64,000 nucleotides of DNA from a bacterium (GCA_963643165.1 CAVIJD010000005.1:11436-75435), one strand, 5' to 3'. Shown: positions 48,240 through 59,463, counted from the first letter of the stretch. Notes: a model not told the origin generated them from the sequence alone. Made by a program: numbers and translations.

Positions 48240-48953
48240 ATGAGTTCTGACGGATTGATTTTGGAGGACAAGTTGCCCGGCACGCAAGAGCAGCAGGTCA
48301 CGGTTGAGTTTCCGGTCCGCAAATGTGCGGTCGCTTTTGTCAAGGACAAGTCTCCGTCGGCAGGTTTTGCCATCATCACCCCGGAGGCGGCAGGAACTTT
48401 AGTGGCGCACAATGTCCTTGTGTTCATGCAGCGCGGCTTCTCCGAGGGGTCGCCCTATACAGACATGGATTATGCCGATGTGGGCGTGCGCTTTGAGGAT
48501 GACCTGTTCCGTCTTGCCGAGGCTGCCAAACTGCTGGTCAAGTTTTCTCCTTTCACGGCAGACGACATAGCCCGGTTCAAAGACGGTCAGGTTCTGTTTT
48601 CCAATTGGATGGATGACGAGATTGATGCCGAGACGGTCAGGATGATGAACGAAAAGGGCATCACGGCGATGGCGATGGGCAAAATCAAAGACGACAAGGG
48701 TGTCTCAATCACCGAAAGGATTTTGTCGGAAACGCTTTCGCCCAAAGCCCTCGGCATTGCTTTCTCGGCATTTTTGCTTCCGTGGATTGAGTGTCTGGTG
48801 TTCAGCACCATGATGAAGTTCACGTTGCAGAAAGAGCCTGCGTTGATGCAGAGTGTATATGCCTTTGCCGGCCACCTGTGCAGCAAGGAAATCGCCGAGC
48901 GGCTGCACCTCCCGTGGAAGAGTGTCGTTTCCCTCTGCTGGGATATGAATTAG
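48240..48953 (+). CDS. alanine dehydrogenase/PNT N-terminal-domain-like protein (no obvious NAD-binding domain)
   Basis: AIITPEAAGTLVAHNVLVFMQRGFSEGSPYTDMDYADVGVRF...LLVKFSPFTADDIARFKDGQVLFSNW resembles the AlaDH N-terminal domain. Start at the ATG at 48240. Confidence 0.5.
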   Translation: MSSDGLILEDKLPGTQEQQVTVEFPVRKCAVAFVKDKSPSAGFAIITPEAAGTLVAHNVLVFMQRGFSEGSPYTDMDYADVGVRFEDDLFRLAEAAKLLVKFSPFTADDIARFKDGQVLFSNWMDDEIDAETVRMMNEKGITAMAMGKIKDDKGVSITERILSETLSPKALGIAFSAFLLPWIECLVFSTMMKFTLQKEPALMQSVYAFAGHLCSKEIAERLHLPWKSVVSLCWDMN

Positions 48954-49051
48954 CGGTCCGTCTCCGTCCGTTGGCGGCAAACCGGCTATTCCTGCAGTCT
49001 TATCTTCACGTCGTTCAACTCCAAAAACGGGGTCTTCTGACACCGCAACCA

Positions 49052-50239
49052 CTATTTCTGCAATCTTATCTTTATATCATTCAGCACATTCATATAGTTG
49101 ATGAATGCCTGATAGGGCGACGGATAGACGTCGAAGTTTCGTTTCACGGACTTGTGTCCGATCCATCTCGAACTCATAAAGTTGAAATGGTCGGCGGCCT
49201 GCAGGCGGAGCCAGCAAAGCCGTGCGTCTGGGTCGGTGGACTTGTTGTAGAGGTCTTCCAGTTTGTACAGTTGCCGGAACGCTTCCTGTTGCAGTTCGTT
49301 GCCTAACCACTCGTTGGTGTCTTTCTCTTCGCCGGAGCAAGATATGGGCCACGGCGCGTGCATCGTGGCGGGGTCAAGGTCAAGACTGGTAGTCTCTTTG
49401 GGTGTGATGAAAGAATAGTTGGTGTTGGCAGACAGTTTTCCGACGAGGTCGCGGAAGAAGTCGAAGATGCCCGTCTCTTCGGTATAGTACTCGCCGATGG
49501 TCTCATAGTCCCAAAACAGGTTGATGAGTGGGTTGTCGCAATGGGCGTTGCTGTCGTCGAGGAAACTGATGTACTTGTCGGCGGTCAGCGGGTACTGGTC
49601 CCAGGTGGTGTCGCAGAAGCGCAGCGTGATGTCGTCGCAGAGGCGGTAGGAGCGCAGCAGCAGTCTGACGTCGGTTTGGTAGGGGTTGCAGTAGAGGAAG
49701 AGCGGGCTTTTCCAGCCGAGGATGTGCCGTGCGCCCTCGGTGAGCACGACGCGGTAGCCCATGTCGCCGAGCCATTCGCCGATTTCGTCCGAATAGATGA
49801 TTTCGGTGTTGCAGAAAGAGGTCGGTTTGATGCCGAACGTTTCCTGTAGCAGTTCCTCTTGCCGGTGCACTTGTTCCACAAAAGCCTCTTTACCGTGCAG
49901 AGAGGCGAGGCTGTGCGTATAGGTGCTGCCTGTGATTTCAACGCTGCCCGTGGCCAGCAGTTCCTTGAAACTGTCAATCACTTCCGGGCAGTAATTCCGG
50001 AAGAGCATGATCGAACTGCCGGAGATGCTGAAACTGAGTTTGAATTTGCCGGGGTTCTGCCGTATGAGGTCGAGCATCATCTTGTTGGCGGGCAGATAGC
50101 ACCGGTCGGCAAGGCGGCGGGCCATATACTGGTTCTGGTAATTGTCGAAATAGTCGTGGTTCTGGTTTATGTCGAAAAACCGGTAGGTTCTGAGCCGGTA
50201 GGGTTGGCTGATCTGGAAATGGAAGCAAATTCTATTCAT
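49052..50239 (-). CDS. glycoside hydrolase family 57 protein
   Basis: ICFHFQISQPYRLRTYRFFDI...EITGSTYTHSLASL. Sits in a glycogen gene cluster. Confidence 0.8.
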   Translation of the reverse strand: MNRICFHFQISQPYRLRTYRFFDINQNHDYFDNYQNQYMARRLADRCYLPANKMMLDLIRQNPGKFKLSFSISGSSIMLFRNYCPEVIDSFKELLATGSVEITGSTYTHSLASLHGKEAFVEQVHRQEELLQETFGIKPTSFCNTEIIYSDEIGEWLGDMGYRVVLTEGARHILGWKSPLFLYCNPYQTDVRLLLRSYRLCDDITLRFCDTTWDQYPLTADKYISFLDDSNAHCDNPLINLFWDYETIGEYYTEETGIFDFFRDLVGKLSANTNYSFITPKETTSLDLDPATMHAPWPISCSGEEKDTNEWLGNELQQEAFRQLYKLEDLYNKSTDPDARLCWLRLQAADHFNFMSSRWIGHKSVKRNFDVYPSPYQAFINYMNVLNDIKIRLQK

Positions 50240-51515
50240 AGTGCATCAATTTTTCATAAATGGTTTTGAGTTTTTTGGCGGCGTTTTCCCATTTGAGGTT
50301 GTGGACCTCTTCAATGCCTTTGGTGCTGAGCAAGTCGGCCAGGGCGGGGTAGTGCAGTATTCCGTAGATGGCGTCGGCGGTGGCGTCGATGTCCCAGAAG
50401 TCAACCTTTACGGCATAATGCAGCACCTCGGCCACGCCCGACTGTTTGGATATGACCACGGGGATGCCGGCCTGCATAGCCTCGAGGGGCGATATGCCGA
50501 ACGGCTCCGAGATGGAGGGCATGACATACACGTCGCTCATGCCGAAGAGGGTGTCGATGTCGTCGCCGCGCAGAAATCCTGTGAAATGGAAACGGTCGGA
50601 GATGCCGAGTTCCGCCACGCGGAGGATGACGTGCTGCATCATGTCGCCGTCGCCGGCCAGTACGAAGCGCACGTTCGGGTCTTTTTCGAGCACGCGCCGT
50701 GCCGTCTCCACAAAGTAGTCCGGACCTTTCTGGAAGGTGACCCGGCCGAAGAAGGTGACAATCTTCTCGGGCACGGTTTTGTGGCGGCGGATGTGGTCTT
50801 TGACCGGGGTTACGGCATTGTGGAGCGTATAGACTTTCTCGGCGGGGATGCCGTAACGTTCGATGACGATGTTGCGGGTAAGGTCGCTGACGGCGCACAC
50901 CGCATCGGCGGCCATCATGCCCTCGCGTTCTATGTTGAAGACATATTCGTTGCGGTTGTTCTCGCCCGAACGGTCAATTTCGGTGGCGTGGATGTGTACG
51001 ACCAATGGTTTGCCGCTCACGCGCTTGGCGGCTATGCCGGCGCGGTAGGTCAGCCAGTCGTGGGCATGGATGATGTCAAAGTCCTCAGTGTGCGCAATCT
51101 CGGCGGCAATTTCCGCGTAGCGGTTCACCTCTTCCGCGAGGTTGCTGCCATAGCCGCCGTTGAAAACGTACCTGCGCTTCTCTCCGGAGGCCTCGGTGAG
51201 CACGCCGCTCTCAATCTGGTTCACGACATTGAAATAGTCGTCCATGCCGACGTACGGTATCAGCCTTGAGTTGAACTGTATGAAGGAGGTGCATTTGTCA
51301 TCGGCGAAGAAGGCGGTGTGGCGTGGGTCAACTTCAACGCCGCTGGCATTGACAATCTTGACATACCGCTCGTCTTCCATGCCTGAGGCTTTGGGCATGA
51401 CAAATGTGACTTGCACGCCGTTCTGTGCCAAGCCTTTGGTGAGACCGTAGCAGGCCGTTCCCAGCCCTCCCGAAATATGGGGCGGAAATTCCCACCCGAA
51501 CATCAATATTTTCAT
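50232..51515 (-). CDS. GT4-family glycosyltransferase (glycogen synthase-like)
   Basis: MKILMFGWEFPPHISGGLGTACYGL, VMPSISEPFGISPLEAM. Overlaps the GH57 start by 8 nt. Confidence 0.8.
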   Translation of the reverse strand: MKILMFGWEFPPHISGGLGTACYGLTKGLAQNGVQVTFVMPKASGMEDERYVKIVNASGVEVDPRHTAFFADDKCTSFIQFNSRLIPYVGMDDYFNVVNQIESGVLTEASGEKRRYVFNGGYGSNLAEEVNRYAEIAAEIAHTEDFDIIHAHDWLTYRAGIAAKRVSGKPLVVHIHATEIDRSGENNRNEYVFNIEREGMMAADAVCAVSDLTRNIVIERYGIPAEKVYTLHNAVTPVKDHIRRHKTVPEKIVTFFGRVTFQKGPDYFVETARRVLEKDPNVRFVLAGDGDMMQHVILRVAELGISDRFHFTGFLRGDDIDTLFGMSDVYVMPSISEPFGISPLEAMQAGIPVVISKQSGVAEVLHYAVKVDFWDIDATADAIYGILHYPALADLLSTKGIEEVHNLKWENAAKKLKTIYEKLMHYE

Positions 51516-51569
51516 GTCAAACGTCTAATTTCACTGTTGTGTATTTTCATGTTGTTTCCAATATGCCGT

Positions 51570-53513
51570 TTATTTGAAGTGTTCAATCCGCCATTTCATA
51601 TAGAGGAGTGCGGACACGCTCCAGGCCTGCGAGATGCAGCCGTTGGGCTTGTGCGGCGGGTCGCCGTCGGTGATTTCCGAAATGGTGGATATGCCGTAGG
51701 TTTTCATGCAGCTGTCGAAGTTGTACAGCAGTCGTTGCAGCACGGGGAGCGCCGATTTGCGGTAAACCGCCAGCATGCCGTCTGTGAACGGGTAGAGCAG
51801 CCAGATCCAGCAGGTGCCCTGGTGGTAGGCGGCGTCGCGCTCGGCCTGGCTGCCCGCATAGTGACCCTTGTAGTCGGGGTCTTTCGGGGAGAGCGAGCGG
51901 ATGCCCTTGTCGGTGAGCAGTTCCTCGCACGTGCGCTTCAGGACTAACTGGCGGATCTTCTCGCTTATTGGGGTGTATGGCAGCGACGCCACAATCATCA
52001 TGTTGGGGCGTATTTGGAAGTTCTTGTAGCCACCATCGACATAGTCGGCAAGATAGCCCATTTCCTTAGACCAGAAGGTGTCCTTGAAGACTGTCGGGAA
52101 GTCGTGTATGATGTGTTCCCATTCTTTCACAAAGCGGTTGTCTTTGGCCAGATGGGCCATCTCGATGCTGAATTTCACGGCGTTGTACCAGAGTGCGTTG
52201 ATCTCGACTTGGCAGCCTGTGCGCGGGGTCACGGGGCGGCCGTTCACGATGGCGTCCATCCAGGTGAGCGCCAGTCCCTCGCCGCCGGCATAGATGAGCC
52301 CGTTGTCGAGCATGCGGATGTTGTTGAGTGTGCCCTGCCGGTATGCGTTGAGAATGCTTTCCATAATCGGGCCGTACTCGTTCCAGATGCTGCGCTGCGT
52401 GTGGGTATATTCGGCATAGAGTTGCAAGGTGCGGAAGAACCACAGCGGGGCATCTACCGAGTTGTAGGCCGCCGTGGTGCCGTTGCCGCCGATGTTGGGG
52501 AACAGGCCGCAGTTCAGTTCCTGTACCATGTTGTCGATGACCTCCTTGCAGAGTGCTGGGTTGTCGAGCGCCAGCGTGAGGCCGGGCAGGGCGATGAAGG
52601 TGTCGCGTCCCCATCTGCCGAACCACGGATAGCCGGCAATGACTTCCGTTTTGCCGTTCCTTTTCACGATGAACTGCTCGGCGGCGTTGCGCAGGCAACT
52701 GAAATAGGAGGAGCGGGCGGTGTGTTTGCCGAGCTCTTCGTTGTAAAGGTTCTCCAGGTCGGCCGGGTCTGTCGGCTCCGTGCCGATGGAGACGTACAGG
52801 GTGTTGCCTTGCAGGTCGGCGGTCAACACGCCCGGGGCGAAAAGGTCTTCGTGGCCGTCATAGCCGCGCCGGATCTCTTCGGCATACTCGATGTTGTAGT
52901 ACCAGTCGGGGCGGTGCTCGTACTTCGCCGGGGCGGAACATTGCAGATAAACGGGCGTGTAACGGTCGTAAAGACAGAAGCCGACGCCGTTTTCTGCACT
53001 TCTGAAGCCCGCGTTCACCTCATTGTTGGCGTGAGTGAGGCGGTGTATGGAACGGAACGCCAGCAGCGGCTGGAACTGTATGGACGCCGACTCGAAGTTG
53101 TCCAGAATCGTGTATTTCAGTATCAGACGGTCGGCATTGTTCAGGAAGAGGATCTCTTTGGTGAAGTTGAACTTGCCGACGCGGTACAGGTAGGTGGGCA
53201 CAGGGTCGGCGGTGAATTTCTGCAGGTATTTGTTCCCTTTCGGGTCTATGAATCCGCCTTTGTACTGGTGTATGCTGAGGTGAAAGTCCATGTTGTTGAT
53301 TACGATGGTTTCGTTGAGGCACGACACCAGTACGTGCCGCTCGTGGTCGATGTTGTCTTGCGGCACGATGAACAGGCCGTGGTATTTCCGGGTGTTCAGC
53401 CCCGCAAGCGTGGTGGTGGCAAATGACCCTGTACGGCTACAGCGCAACAGCTCGCGCTGCGTGGAGTAGTTCAGGTTGACAAGGTCAGATTTGTCGAATT
53501 CTATGTAACTCAT
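51570..53513 (-). CDS. glycogen debranching enzyme (amylo-alpha-1,6-glucosidase family)
   Basis: N-terminal GLNTRKYHGLF and C-terminal GYPWFGRWGRDTFIAL...ISQAWSV. A -7 box (+ strand caaagata) lies upstream. Confidence 0.82.
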   Translation of the reverse strand: MSYIEFDKSDLVNLNYSTQRELLRCSRTGSFATTTLAGLNTRKYHGLFIVPQDNIDHERHVLVSCLNETIVINNMDFHLSIHQYKGGFIDPKGNKYLQKFTADPVPTYLYRVGKFNFTKEILFLNNADRLILKYTILDNFESASIQFQPLLAFRSIHRLTHANNEVNAGFRSAENGVGFCLYDRYTPVYLQCSAPAKYEHRPDWYYNIEYAEEIRRGYDGHEDLFAPGVLTADLQGNTLYVSIGTEPTDPADLENLYNEELGKHTARSSYFSCLRNAAEQFIVKRNGKTEVIAGYPWFGRWGRDTFIALPGLTLALDNPALCKEVIDNMVQELNCGLFPNIGGNGTTAAYNSVDAPLWFFRTLQLYAEYTHTQRSIWNEYGPIMESILNAYRQGTLNNIRMLDNGLIYAGGEGLALTWMDAIVNGRPVTPRTGCQVEINALWYNAVKFSIEMAHLAKDNRFVKEWEHIIHDFPTVFKDTFWSKEMGYLADYVDGGYKNFQIRPNMMIVASLPYTPISEKIRQLVLKRTCEELLTDKGIRSLSPKDPDYKGHYAGSQAERDAAYHQGTCWIWLLYPFTDGMLAVYRKSALPVLQRLLYNFDSCMKTYGISTISEITDGDPPHKPNGCISQAWSVSALLYMKWRIEHFK

Positions 53514-53667
53514 TGCTGTGTGTTTTCAAATCATGAGGTTAAACAAGACATACGAATGCTCACGTCACATTCATAATGACGTGGCAAAGATAAGAAAATT
53601 AGCGGGGTGGTGCGGGAAAAAATATTACGTTATGGTTATATTTTTCACACCGTGGCACTATTTTTTT

Positions 53668-54678
53668 TTAGTCGCTGATGTGTTGAAGCATCACGGCGGC
53701 GGCGGAACGGGCGTCCTGTATGGTGTCGCTGAGGCTCATCGGGCGTTTGCAGGAGCCGGCGACGAACAGTCCGTCGCGAGCGGTGAGGTTGTCCTCCATG
53801 TGGGGCGACTTGCTCTCGGCGAAGCCGTAAAGTCCTTGTATTCCGGCACTTTCTGCTAAGGTGCGGGTGCCGTCAGAGGCGCACATGCCCACCATCAGCA
53901 CCAGCAGGTCGGTGTTCATTGTGAGGGGCAGTCCCATCAGGGTGTCTTCGGCTTTCAGCTGTATGCGGTTGTCGTAGGTTGAGGCCGCCTCGGAGATGCG
54001 CCCTCGCACGAAGTTGATGCCGTAGGTCTCCTGGGCGGTGCGGTACATTTCCTCGAAGCCTTGTCCCCACATTCTGAGGTCCATGTAGAAGATGTAAACG
54101 TCCGTGTCGGGCAGCAAACGTTTCACTTCGATGGCTTGTTTCACGGCGGTCACGCAACATATCTTGGAGCAGTAGTGATTGCCCGTCTTCTCGTCGCGGG
54201 AGCCGACGCATTGCAGGAAAGAGACCTGCTTCGGCTTTTCGCCGATGTTGTTCAGCACCTTGTTCTCGCCGATCATGCGCTCGAGTTCCAGCGAGGTGAT
54301 GACACCGTTGTAGATGCCGTAGCCCAGCTCTTCTTTCAGACGGGCGTCGAAGACGCGGTATCCCGTGGCCAGCAGCACATGGCGGAACGTGTGATGACGG
54401 CCTTGCCCGTCGGTGAGTTTCCACTCGCCGTTTTCAAGAGCCAGGTTCACGACGGGGGTGTCGTAAAGGACTTTGATGTTCCCGTTCTTGGTCTTGTCGC
54501 TCAGCAAGGAGACCAGTTCGGAAGCTGCCCGGAAGTCGGGGAACAACAAGGCCTTGTCGCGCAGGTTGTCGAGACCGGTGAGGGAACGTTCGAAAATGGT
54601 GACGTGGTGTTTCTGTGCGAGGACAGAAGCGGCTTCTATGCCGGCGGGTCCGGCTCCGATTACTGCGATGTTTGCCAT
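53668..54678 (-). CDS. HdrA-like FAD-dependent oxidoreductase
   Basis: MANIAVIGAGPAGIEAA, and FLQCVGSRDEKTGNHYCSKICCVTAVKQA, the HdrA-type Cys motif. Confidence 0.7.
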   Translation of the reverse strand: MANIAVIGAGPAGIEAASVLAQKHHVTIFERSLTGLDNLRDKALLFPDFRAASELVSLLSDKTKNGNIKVLYDTPVVNLALENGEWKLTDGQGRHHTFRHVLLATGYRVFDARLKEELGYGIYNGVITSLELERMIGENKVLNNIGEKPKQVSFLQCVGSRDEKTGNHYCSKICCVTAVKQAIEVKRLLPDTDVYIFYMDLRMWGQGFEEMYRTAQETYGINFVRGRISEAASTYDNRIQLKAEDTLMGLPLTMNTDLLVLMVGMCASDGTRTLAESAGIQGLYGFAESKSPHMEDNLTARDGLFVAGSCKRPMSLSDTIQDARSAAAVMLQHISD

Positions 54679-54735
54679 TATGCTGTTGTTGTTGCGGGTT
54701 CTGGTTTGTGCTTTTGCTTGTTCAATGAAAGTGGT

Positions 54736-55791
54736 CTATACTTTAAGGGTGGACGGACGGTCGGGGAAAGCAAGCATCTTTCCGGATATGCCCGTGTATT
54801 TGGTGTCCGGGTCGTAGGGGATGCCGATCTTGTTGAGCAGGCTTTCGCATTGGATCTGGTGCATCTGCAGTCCGAGTTCCCACGGGTTGTACCCGAGCAG
54901 CAGTCCGGCCATCTCTTCGTAGGTGAGCACGGGGATGCCGTACCCCTCCTTGTCGTAGGTTTTGTGTTCCATCTCGGCGATGGTGTATTGCCATTTGTCG
55001 AGGAACATGGCGCAGCCCGGACAGTTGGCCACGATGAAGTCGGGCTCGTAGGGCTCCATCGACTCGAATTTCTTTTTGGAGTTGGCCACGGAGTAGCCTC
55101 TGTTTTCCTGCACGAGGTATTGTCTGAAGCCGAAGCCGCAGCAGTGCCGCCGTTCGGGATAATCGACCACCTCGCCGCCCCAGGCTTCAATCATGCCGGC
55201 GAGCACGTAGGGAAACTCAGCTTTGCCGACGCCGTGTTTGGGGAAAATCTTGGCATAGTGGCAGCCGATGTGCTCCACCACGCGCAGCGGCTTGCCCGTA
55301 TAGCGGTTCACGAGTCGGTGTTTCATCTTCTCTTTCAGCTCGAACCGGAACTTGTAGATGATGTCGGAGGGGTGGGCGACGTTCTTGGGGAGTTTGAAAG
55401 TGCGGCCCGTGGCCTCCTTTAGGTACTGCCGCGCCTGCTCCAGCAACTCCGGCTTCTCCGACCATTTTTCCACTATTTCCGTAATCACCCCGAACGAGGT
55501 GACGCACGACGGGACATAGTTTTCATAGCCGCGCTCGGTCATCAACGAGAAGAGGCGCGCCACCACGGTCATCGTGGTCTCGAACGGCACCACGTCGGCG
55601 TGGTAGCCTATGCCCGTGCAGGTGTGCTGATGCGAGGAGTCGTAAATGTCTTTCCCCAGATCGTTGCGCAGGATGTTGAGAAATGCGGCCTCCGACCCCG
55701 GAAAGAATGTCTGGCGGATGCAGCTCCTTTCGTAAAAAAAGTGGTCATCGGCGATGTCTTTCTGATATTCGTTCCAAAAGCGTTTCTCCAT
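54736..55791 (-). CDS. HdrB-like protein with two CCG-type cysteine-rich domains
   Basis: Cys clusters CVTSFG...GCHYAK and RRHCCGFGFRQ...ANCPGCAMFLDKW. Confidence 0.65.
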   Translation of the reverse strand: MEKRFWNEYQKDIADDHFFYERSCIRQTFFPGSEAAFLNILRNDLGKDIYDSSHQHTCTGIGYHADVVPFETTMTVVARLFSLMTERGYENYVPSCVTSFGVITEIVEKWSEKPELLEQARQYLKEATGRTFKLPKNVAHPSDIIYKFRFELKEKMKHRLVNRYTGKPLRVVEHIGCHYAKIFPKHGVGKAEFPYVLAGMIEAWGGEVVDYPERRHCCGFGFRQYLVQENRGYSVANSKKKFESMEPYEPDFIVANCPGCAMFLDKWQYTIAEMEHKTYDKEGYGIPVLTYEEMAGLLLGYNPWELGLQMHQIQCESLLNKIGIPYDPDTKYTGISGKMLAFPDRPSTLKV

Positions 55792-55872
55792 AATCCGGTT
55801 CTGTTGTCATTGCGCCTATATAGGCAAAAAAACTTGCCGGCTAATTCGTCGGCAAGTAAATTGGTGATTTAG

Positions 55873-55946
55873 TGGAGCGTACGGGAGTCGGACCCGTGAC
55901 CTCCTGACTGCCAGTCAGACACTCTAGCCAACTGAGCTAACGCCCC
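55873..55946 (-). tRNA. tRNA-Ala (anticodon GGC)
   Basis: Reverse complement is GGGGCGTTAGCTCAGTTGGCTAGAGTGTCTGACTGGCAGTCAGGAGGTCACGGGTCCGACTCCCGTACGCTCCA. Anticodon loop is CTGGCAG and the G3:U70 alanine identity pair is present. CCA is not encoded. Confidence 0.88.
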
Positions 55947-55995
55947 AAAATGCCGCAGGGATGTTATAGGTCACCCCTGCCGGCAGAGTTTTTCA

Positions 55996-56310
55996 TCACA
56001 CTTTGATCTCTACGTCAACGCCGCTGGGAAGCTCGAGCTTCATCAAAGCGTCGATGGTCTTCGTGGTGGTGCCGTAAATGTCCAGCAGTCTCTTGTAGGT
56101 GGAAAGCTGGAACTGTTCTCTCGACTTCTTGTTCACGAAGGTGGAACGGTTTACGGTGAAGATCTTGGTGTGTGTCGGCAACGGAATAGGGCCGACCAAA
56201 ACAACCTTGTCATCCTTGACGCCGTTTACAGTCTTGACGATTTTCTCGGCAGACTTGTCAACCAGCGTATGATCGAATGATTTTAATTTAATTCTAATTC
56301 TGTGACTCAC
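55996..56310 (-). CDS. rpsJ: 30S ribosomal protein S10
   Basis: [21 protein letters not shown]...[28 protein letters not shown]. Confidence 0.93.
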   Translation of the reverse strand: MSHRIRIKLKSFDHTLVDKSAEKIVKTVNGVKDDKVVLVGPIPLPTHTKIFTVNRSTFVNKKSREQFQLSTYKRLLDIYGTTTKTIDALMKLELPSGVDVEIKV

Positions 56311-56365
56311 TTTTGTTTGTTTTTAATTATTACGTAATATGTTTTTTTCCTGTACTTCTTTTTTT

Positions 56366-58459
56366 TTAAAGAATAAACCTTCCGGTAGTCATAATATACT
56401 CTTTCACGTCGGCGGGAACTTCAGCGTACTTGAGGAACTCCATATTGAATGTGGCGCGTCCTTGGCTCATAGAGCGCAGAGTGGTCACATAGCCGAACAT
56501 CTCGGCCAGCGGCACTTGCGCCGTAATCACCTGGTAGCCCACTTTGGCGTCAATCTGCTCCAGTACCGAGCGGCGGCGGTTCAGGTCGCCCGTCACGTTG
56601 CCGATGTACTCGTCCGGAGTGGTGATTTCCACCTTCATGACAGGTTCCAGAATGGCGGTGTCGATTTTCTTGAGGGCGTCTCTGAAGCCTACTTTGGCGC
56701 AGATCTCAAACGCAAGCGCGTCTGAATCCACAGGGTGACAGGAACCGTCAATGGCGGTGACGGCCATGGCTTCCACGGGGAAGCCGTATTTGCCGTTCTG
56801 CATCGCGATCTTGAAGCCCTTCTCGGCACCGGCCAGGTACTCTTTAGGCACGTTGCCGCCTTTCACTTCGTTCTTGAACTGCAACCCTTTCTCGGTTGAC
56901 GGCAGCGGTGCCATCTCAAACTCGAGGTCCGCAAATGAGCCCTTGCCGCCGTTCTGACGCTTATATACAGCGCGGTGGCGTACAGCGCTTTGGAGTGCCT
57001 CTTTGTAGGTGACGCGCGGCTTGCCGTGGTTGCAATCGACGTTGAACTCGCGCTTCAGGCGGTCGAGCAGGATGTCGAGATGAAGCTCGCCCATGCCGCT
57101 GATGAGGGTCTGTCCCTGGTCGTTGTCGTTGTTGACCACGAATGTGGGGTCCTCGTCTGACAGCTTGGCCAAAGCCTGCATCATTTTGTCCTCGTCGTCT
57201 TTCGTCTTGGGCTCGACGGCGATTTGGATCACCGGTTCGGGGAAGACGATCTGTTCGAGGATAATCGGATGCTTGTCGTCGGTGAGGCTGTCGCCGGTAT
57301 GGATTTCCTTCATGCCCACTAATGCCACGATGTTGCCTGCGCTGACGGTCTCGAGTTGCAGTTGCTTGTTGGAGTGCATCTGCATGATTTTCGACACGCG
57401 TTCGCGTTTGCCGCTGTTGGCGTTATAGACGGTCTCGCCGCTGTTGAGTTTTCCGGAATAGACCTTGATGAAGGTGAGTTTGCCCACAAACGGGTCGGTT
57501 GCGATCTTGAAGGCCAATGCCGCGAACGGTTCGTTCTCGTCGGCCTTGCGTGTCTCTTCCGCGTCTGTTTTGGGGTTGATTCCGGTGATGGCGGGCATGT
57601 CGGCAGGGGAGGGCAGGTACATCACGATGGCGTCCAGCAGCCGTTGCACGCCCTTGTTCTTGAACGAGGAGCCGCACAACACGGGTTGGACTTTACGTTC
57701 GATGGTAGCCTTTCGGATGATGGGAATCAGTTCTTCGGCGGTGATGCTGTCGGCATCCTCGAAGTAGCGTTCCATCAACTGCTCGTCCTGTTCTGCCAAA
57801 GTCTCGAGCATCAGGTTGCGGTACTTGGCGGCCTCGTCTGCCAGCTCTGTAGGGATTTCAACCTCTTGGTAGGTCGTGCCCTGGTTCTCCTCGTCCCAGC
57901 GGTAGGCTTTCATCTCCAGCAGGTCGATGACGCCGCTGAAAGAGTCTTCCTCTCCGATGGGAATCTGGACAGGCATTGGCGAGGCTTTGAGTTTCTCGCG
58001 GATTTGCTCCACCACGGCGTAGAAGTTGGCGCCTGAGCGGTCCATCTTGTTGACGTAGCAGATGCGGGCGACGTCGTACTTGTCGGCCTGGTGCCAGACG
58101 GTTTCCGACTGTGCCTCCACGCCGCCTACGGCGCAGAAGATGGCCACGGCGCCGTCGAGGATGCGCAGGGAGCGTTCCACCTCAACGGTGAAGTCAACGT
58201 GCCCTGGCGTGTCGATGATGTTGACCTTGTAGGCTTGCGAGCGGCAGTTCCATGTCACGGTGGTGGCGGCGCTGGTAATCGTTATGCCGCGTTCCTGCTC
58301 CTGCACCATCCAGTCCATGGTGGCCGTGCCCTCGTCAACCTCCCCGATCTTGTAGTTCTTGCCGGTATAGAAGAGGATACGCTCGGTGGTCGTAGTCTTC
58401 CCCGCATCAATGTGAGCCATGATGCCGATGTTGCGAATATGCAGAAGATCTTCAGCCAT
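56366..58459 (-). CDS. fusA: elongation factor G
   Basis: [34 protein letters not shown]. 697 aa, in the str cluster. Confidence 0.95.
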   Translation of the reverse strand: MAEDLLHIRNIGIMAHIDAGKTTTTERILFYTGKNYKIGEVDEGTATMDWMVQEQERGITITSAATTVTWNCRSQAYKVNIIDTPGHVDFTVEVERSLRILDGAVAIFCAVGGVEAQSETVWHQADKYDVARICYVNKMDRSGANFYAVVEQIREKLKASPMPVQIPIGEEDSFSGVIDLLEMKAYRWDEENQGTTYQEVEIPTELADEAAKYRNLMLETLAEQDEQLMERYFEDADSITAEELIPIIRKATIERKVQPVLCGSSFKNKGVQRLLDAIVMYLPSPADMPAITGINPKTDAEETRKADENEPFAALAFKIATDPFVGKLTFIKVYSGKLNSGETVYNANSGKRERVSKIMQMHSNKQLQLETVSAGNIVALVGMKEIHTGDSLTDDKHPIILEQIVFPEPVIQIAVEPKTKDDEDKMMQALAKLSDEDPTFVVNNDNDQGQTLISGMGELHLDILLDRLKREFNVDCNHGKPRVTYKEALQSAVRHRAVYKRQNGGKGSFADLEFEMAPLPSTEKGLQFKNEVKGGNVPKEYLAGAEKGFKIAMQNGKYGFPVEAMAVTAIDGSCHPVDSDALAFEICAKVGFRDALKKIDTAILEPVMKVEITTPDEYIGNVTGDLNRRRSVLEQIDAKVGYQVITAQVPLAEMFGYVTTLRSMSQGRATFNMEFLKYAEVPADVKEYIMTTGRFIL

Positions 58460-58534
58460 TTTTCGTTCTCTTTTACCGTTCTACCGTGTGGAGTGTTATA
58501 TATAATATATTGTATGAATTCCGGAAGATGCCGT

Positions 58535-59002
58535 TTACATGCGCATGTGAGCGAAAGCCTTGTTGGCCTCGGCCATTCTGTGGATTTCCTCTTTCTTCTT
58601 GAATGCTGCGCCTTCTGACTTGTAAGCGGCCATGATTTCCTGGGCAAGCTTGTCGGCCATCGTCTGTTCGTGGCGTTTGCGTGCGTATGAAATCAGGTTC
58701 TTCATGCCTACTGACTGCTTTCTGCCCGGCTTGATCTCCTCAGGGACGGGGAGGGTAGTGCCGCCCACGCGTTTGCTCTTGACCTCAACGCTCGGGGTGA
58801 CGTTCTCCAGGGCTTTTTTCCACACTTCGAGGCCGTTCTCGTTCGTCTTCTCGGAAACGATGTCGATGGCCTTGTAGAAAATTTCGAAAGCAAGGTTTTT
58901 CTTGCCTTTCAACATAATGTTGTTGACGAATTTCGTTACCAACTCGTCGTTATATCTCGGATCTGGAAGAATGATCCTTTTCTTTGCATGTGAATTTCTC
59001 AT
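58535..59002 (-). CDS. rpsG: 30S ribosomal protein S7
   Basis: [25 protein letters not shown]...[11 protein letters not shown]. Confidence 0.93.
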   Translation of the reverse strand: MRNSHAKKRIILPDPRYNDELVTKFVNNIMLKGKKNLAFEIFYKAIDIVSEKTNENGLEVWKKALENVTPSVEVKSKRVGGTTLPVPEEIKPGRKQSVGMKNLISYARKRHEQTMADKLAQEIMAAYKSEGAAFKKKEEIHRMAEANKAFAHMRM

Positions 59003-59085
59003 GTTATTGTATCTTCAATATTGTTATTTACTCTTGAATCGCCAATCCCGGCGTTCAATTTACTTTTCTTGGGGATGTTTGGGGA

Positions 59086-59463
59086 TTATTTCTTTTTAGG
59101 TCTCTTGGCACCGTATTTGGAACGTCCCTGCAGACGGCCGTCAACGCCGGCGGAGTCGAGCGCGCCTCTGACGATGTGGTATCTGACACCCGGAAGGTCC
59201 TTGACACGGCCTCCGCGCACCAGCACGATGGAGTGCTCCTGCAGATTGTGTCCTTCGCCCGGAATGTAGGCGTTGACCTCCTTGCCGTTGGTCATTCTCA
59301 CCCTCGCCACTTTACGCATGGCTGAATTAGGTTTTTTCGGGGTTGTGGTGTAAACCCTCAAGCAAACGCCGCGTTTCTGCGGACAGGCATCCAATGCCCT
59401 CGACTTACTCTGTGAAGTAAGCTTCTGTCTTCCTTTTCTTACTAATTGTTGAATTGTAGGCAT
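59086..59463 (-). CDS. rpsL: 30S ribosomal protein S12
   Basis: [12 protein letters not shown]...[17 protein letters not shown]...[14 protein letters not shown] -7 box (+ strand caaaaata) lies upstream near 59524. Confidence 0.95.
   Translation of the reverse strand: MPTIQQLVRKGRQKLTSQSKSRALDACPQKRGVCLRVYTTTPKKPNSAMRKVARVRMTNGKEVNAYIPGEGHNLQEHSIVLVRGGRVKDLPGVRYHIVRGALDSAGVDGRLQGRSKYGAKRPKKK

Noticed and set aside
48986-49083. A ~32-bp segment (48986..49017) resembling the last 10 codons of the GH57 gene (49052..49083). It shows as the repeated LFLQSYL in the antisense ORF 48791..49306.
   Set aside because: It is short, about 80% identical by eye, and sits in a 3' intergenic region. It is most simply a small duplication scar with no inferable function.
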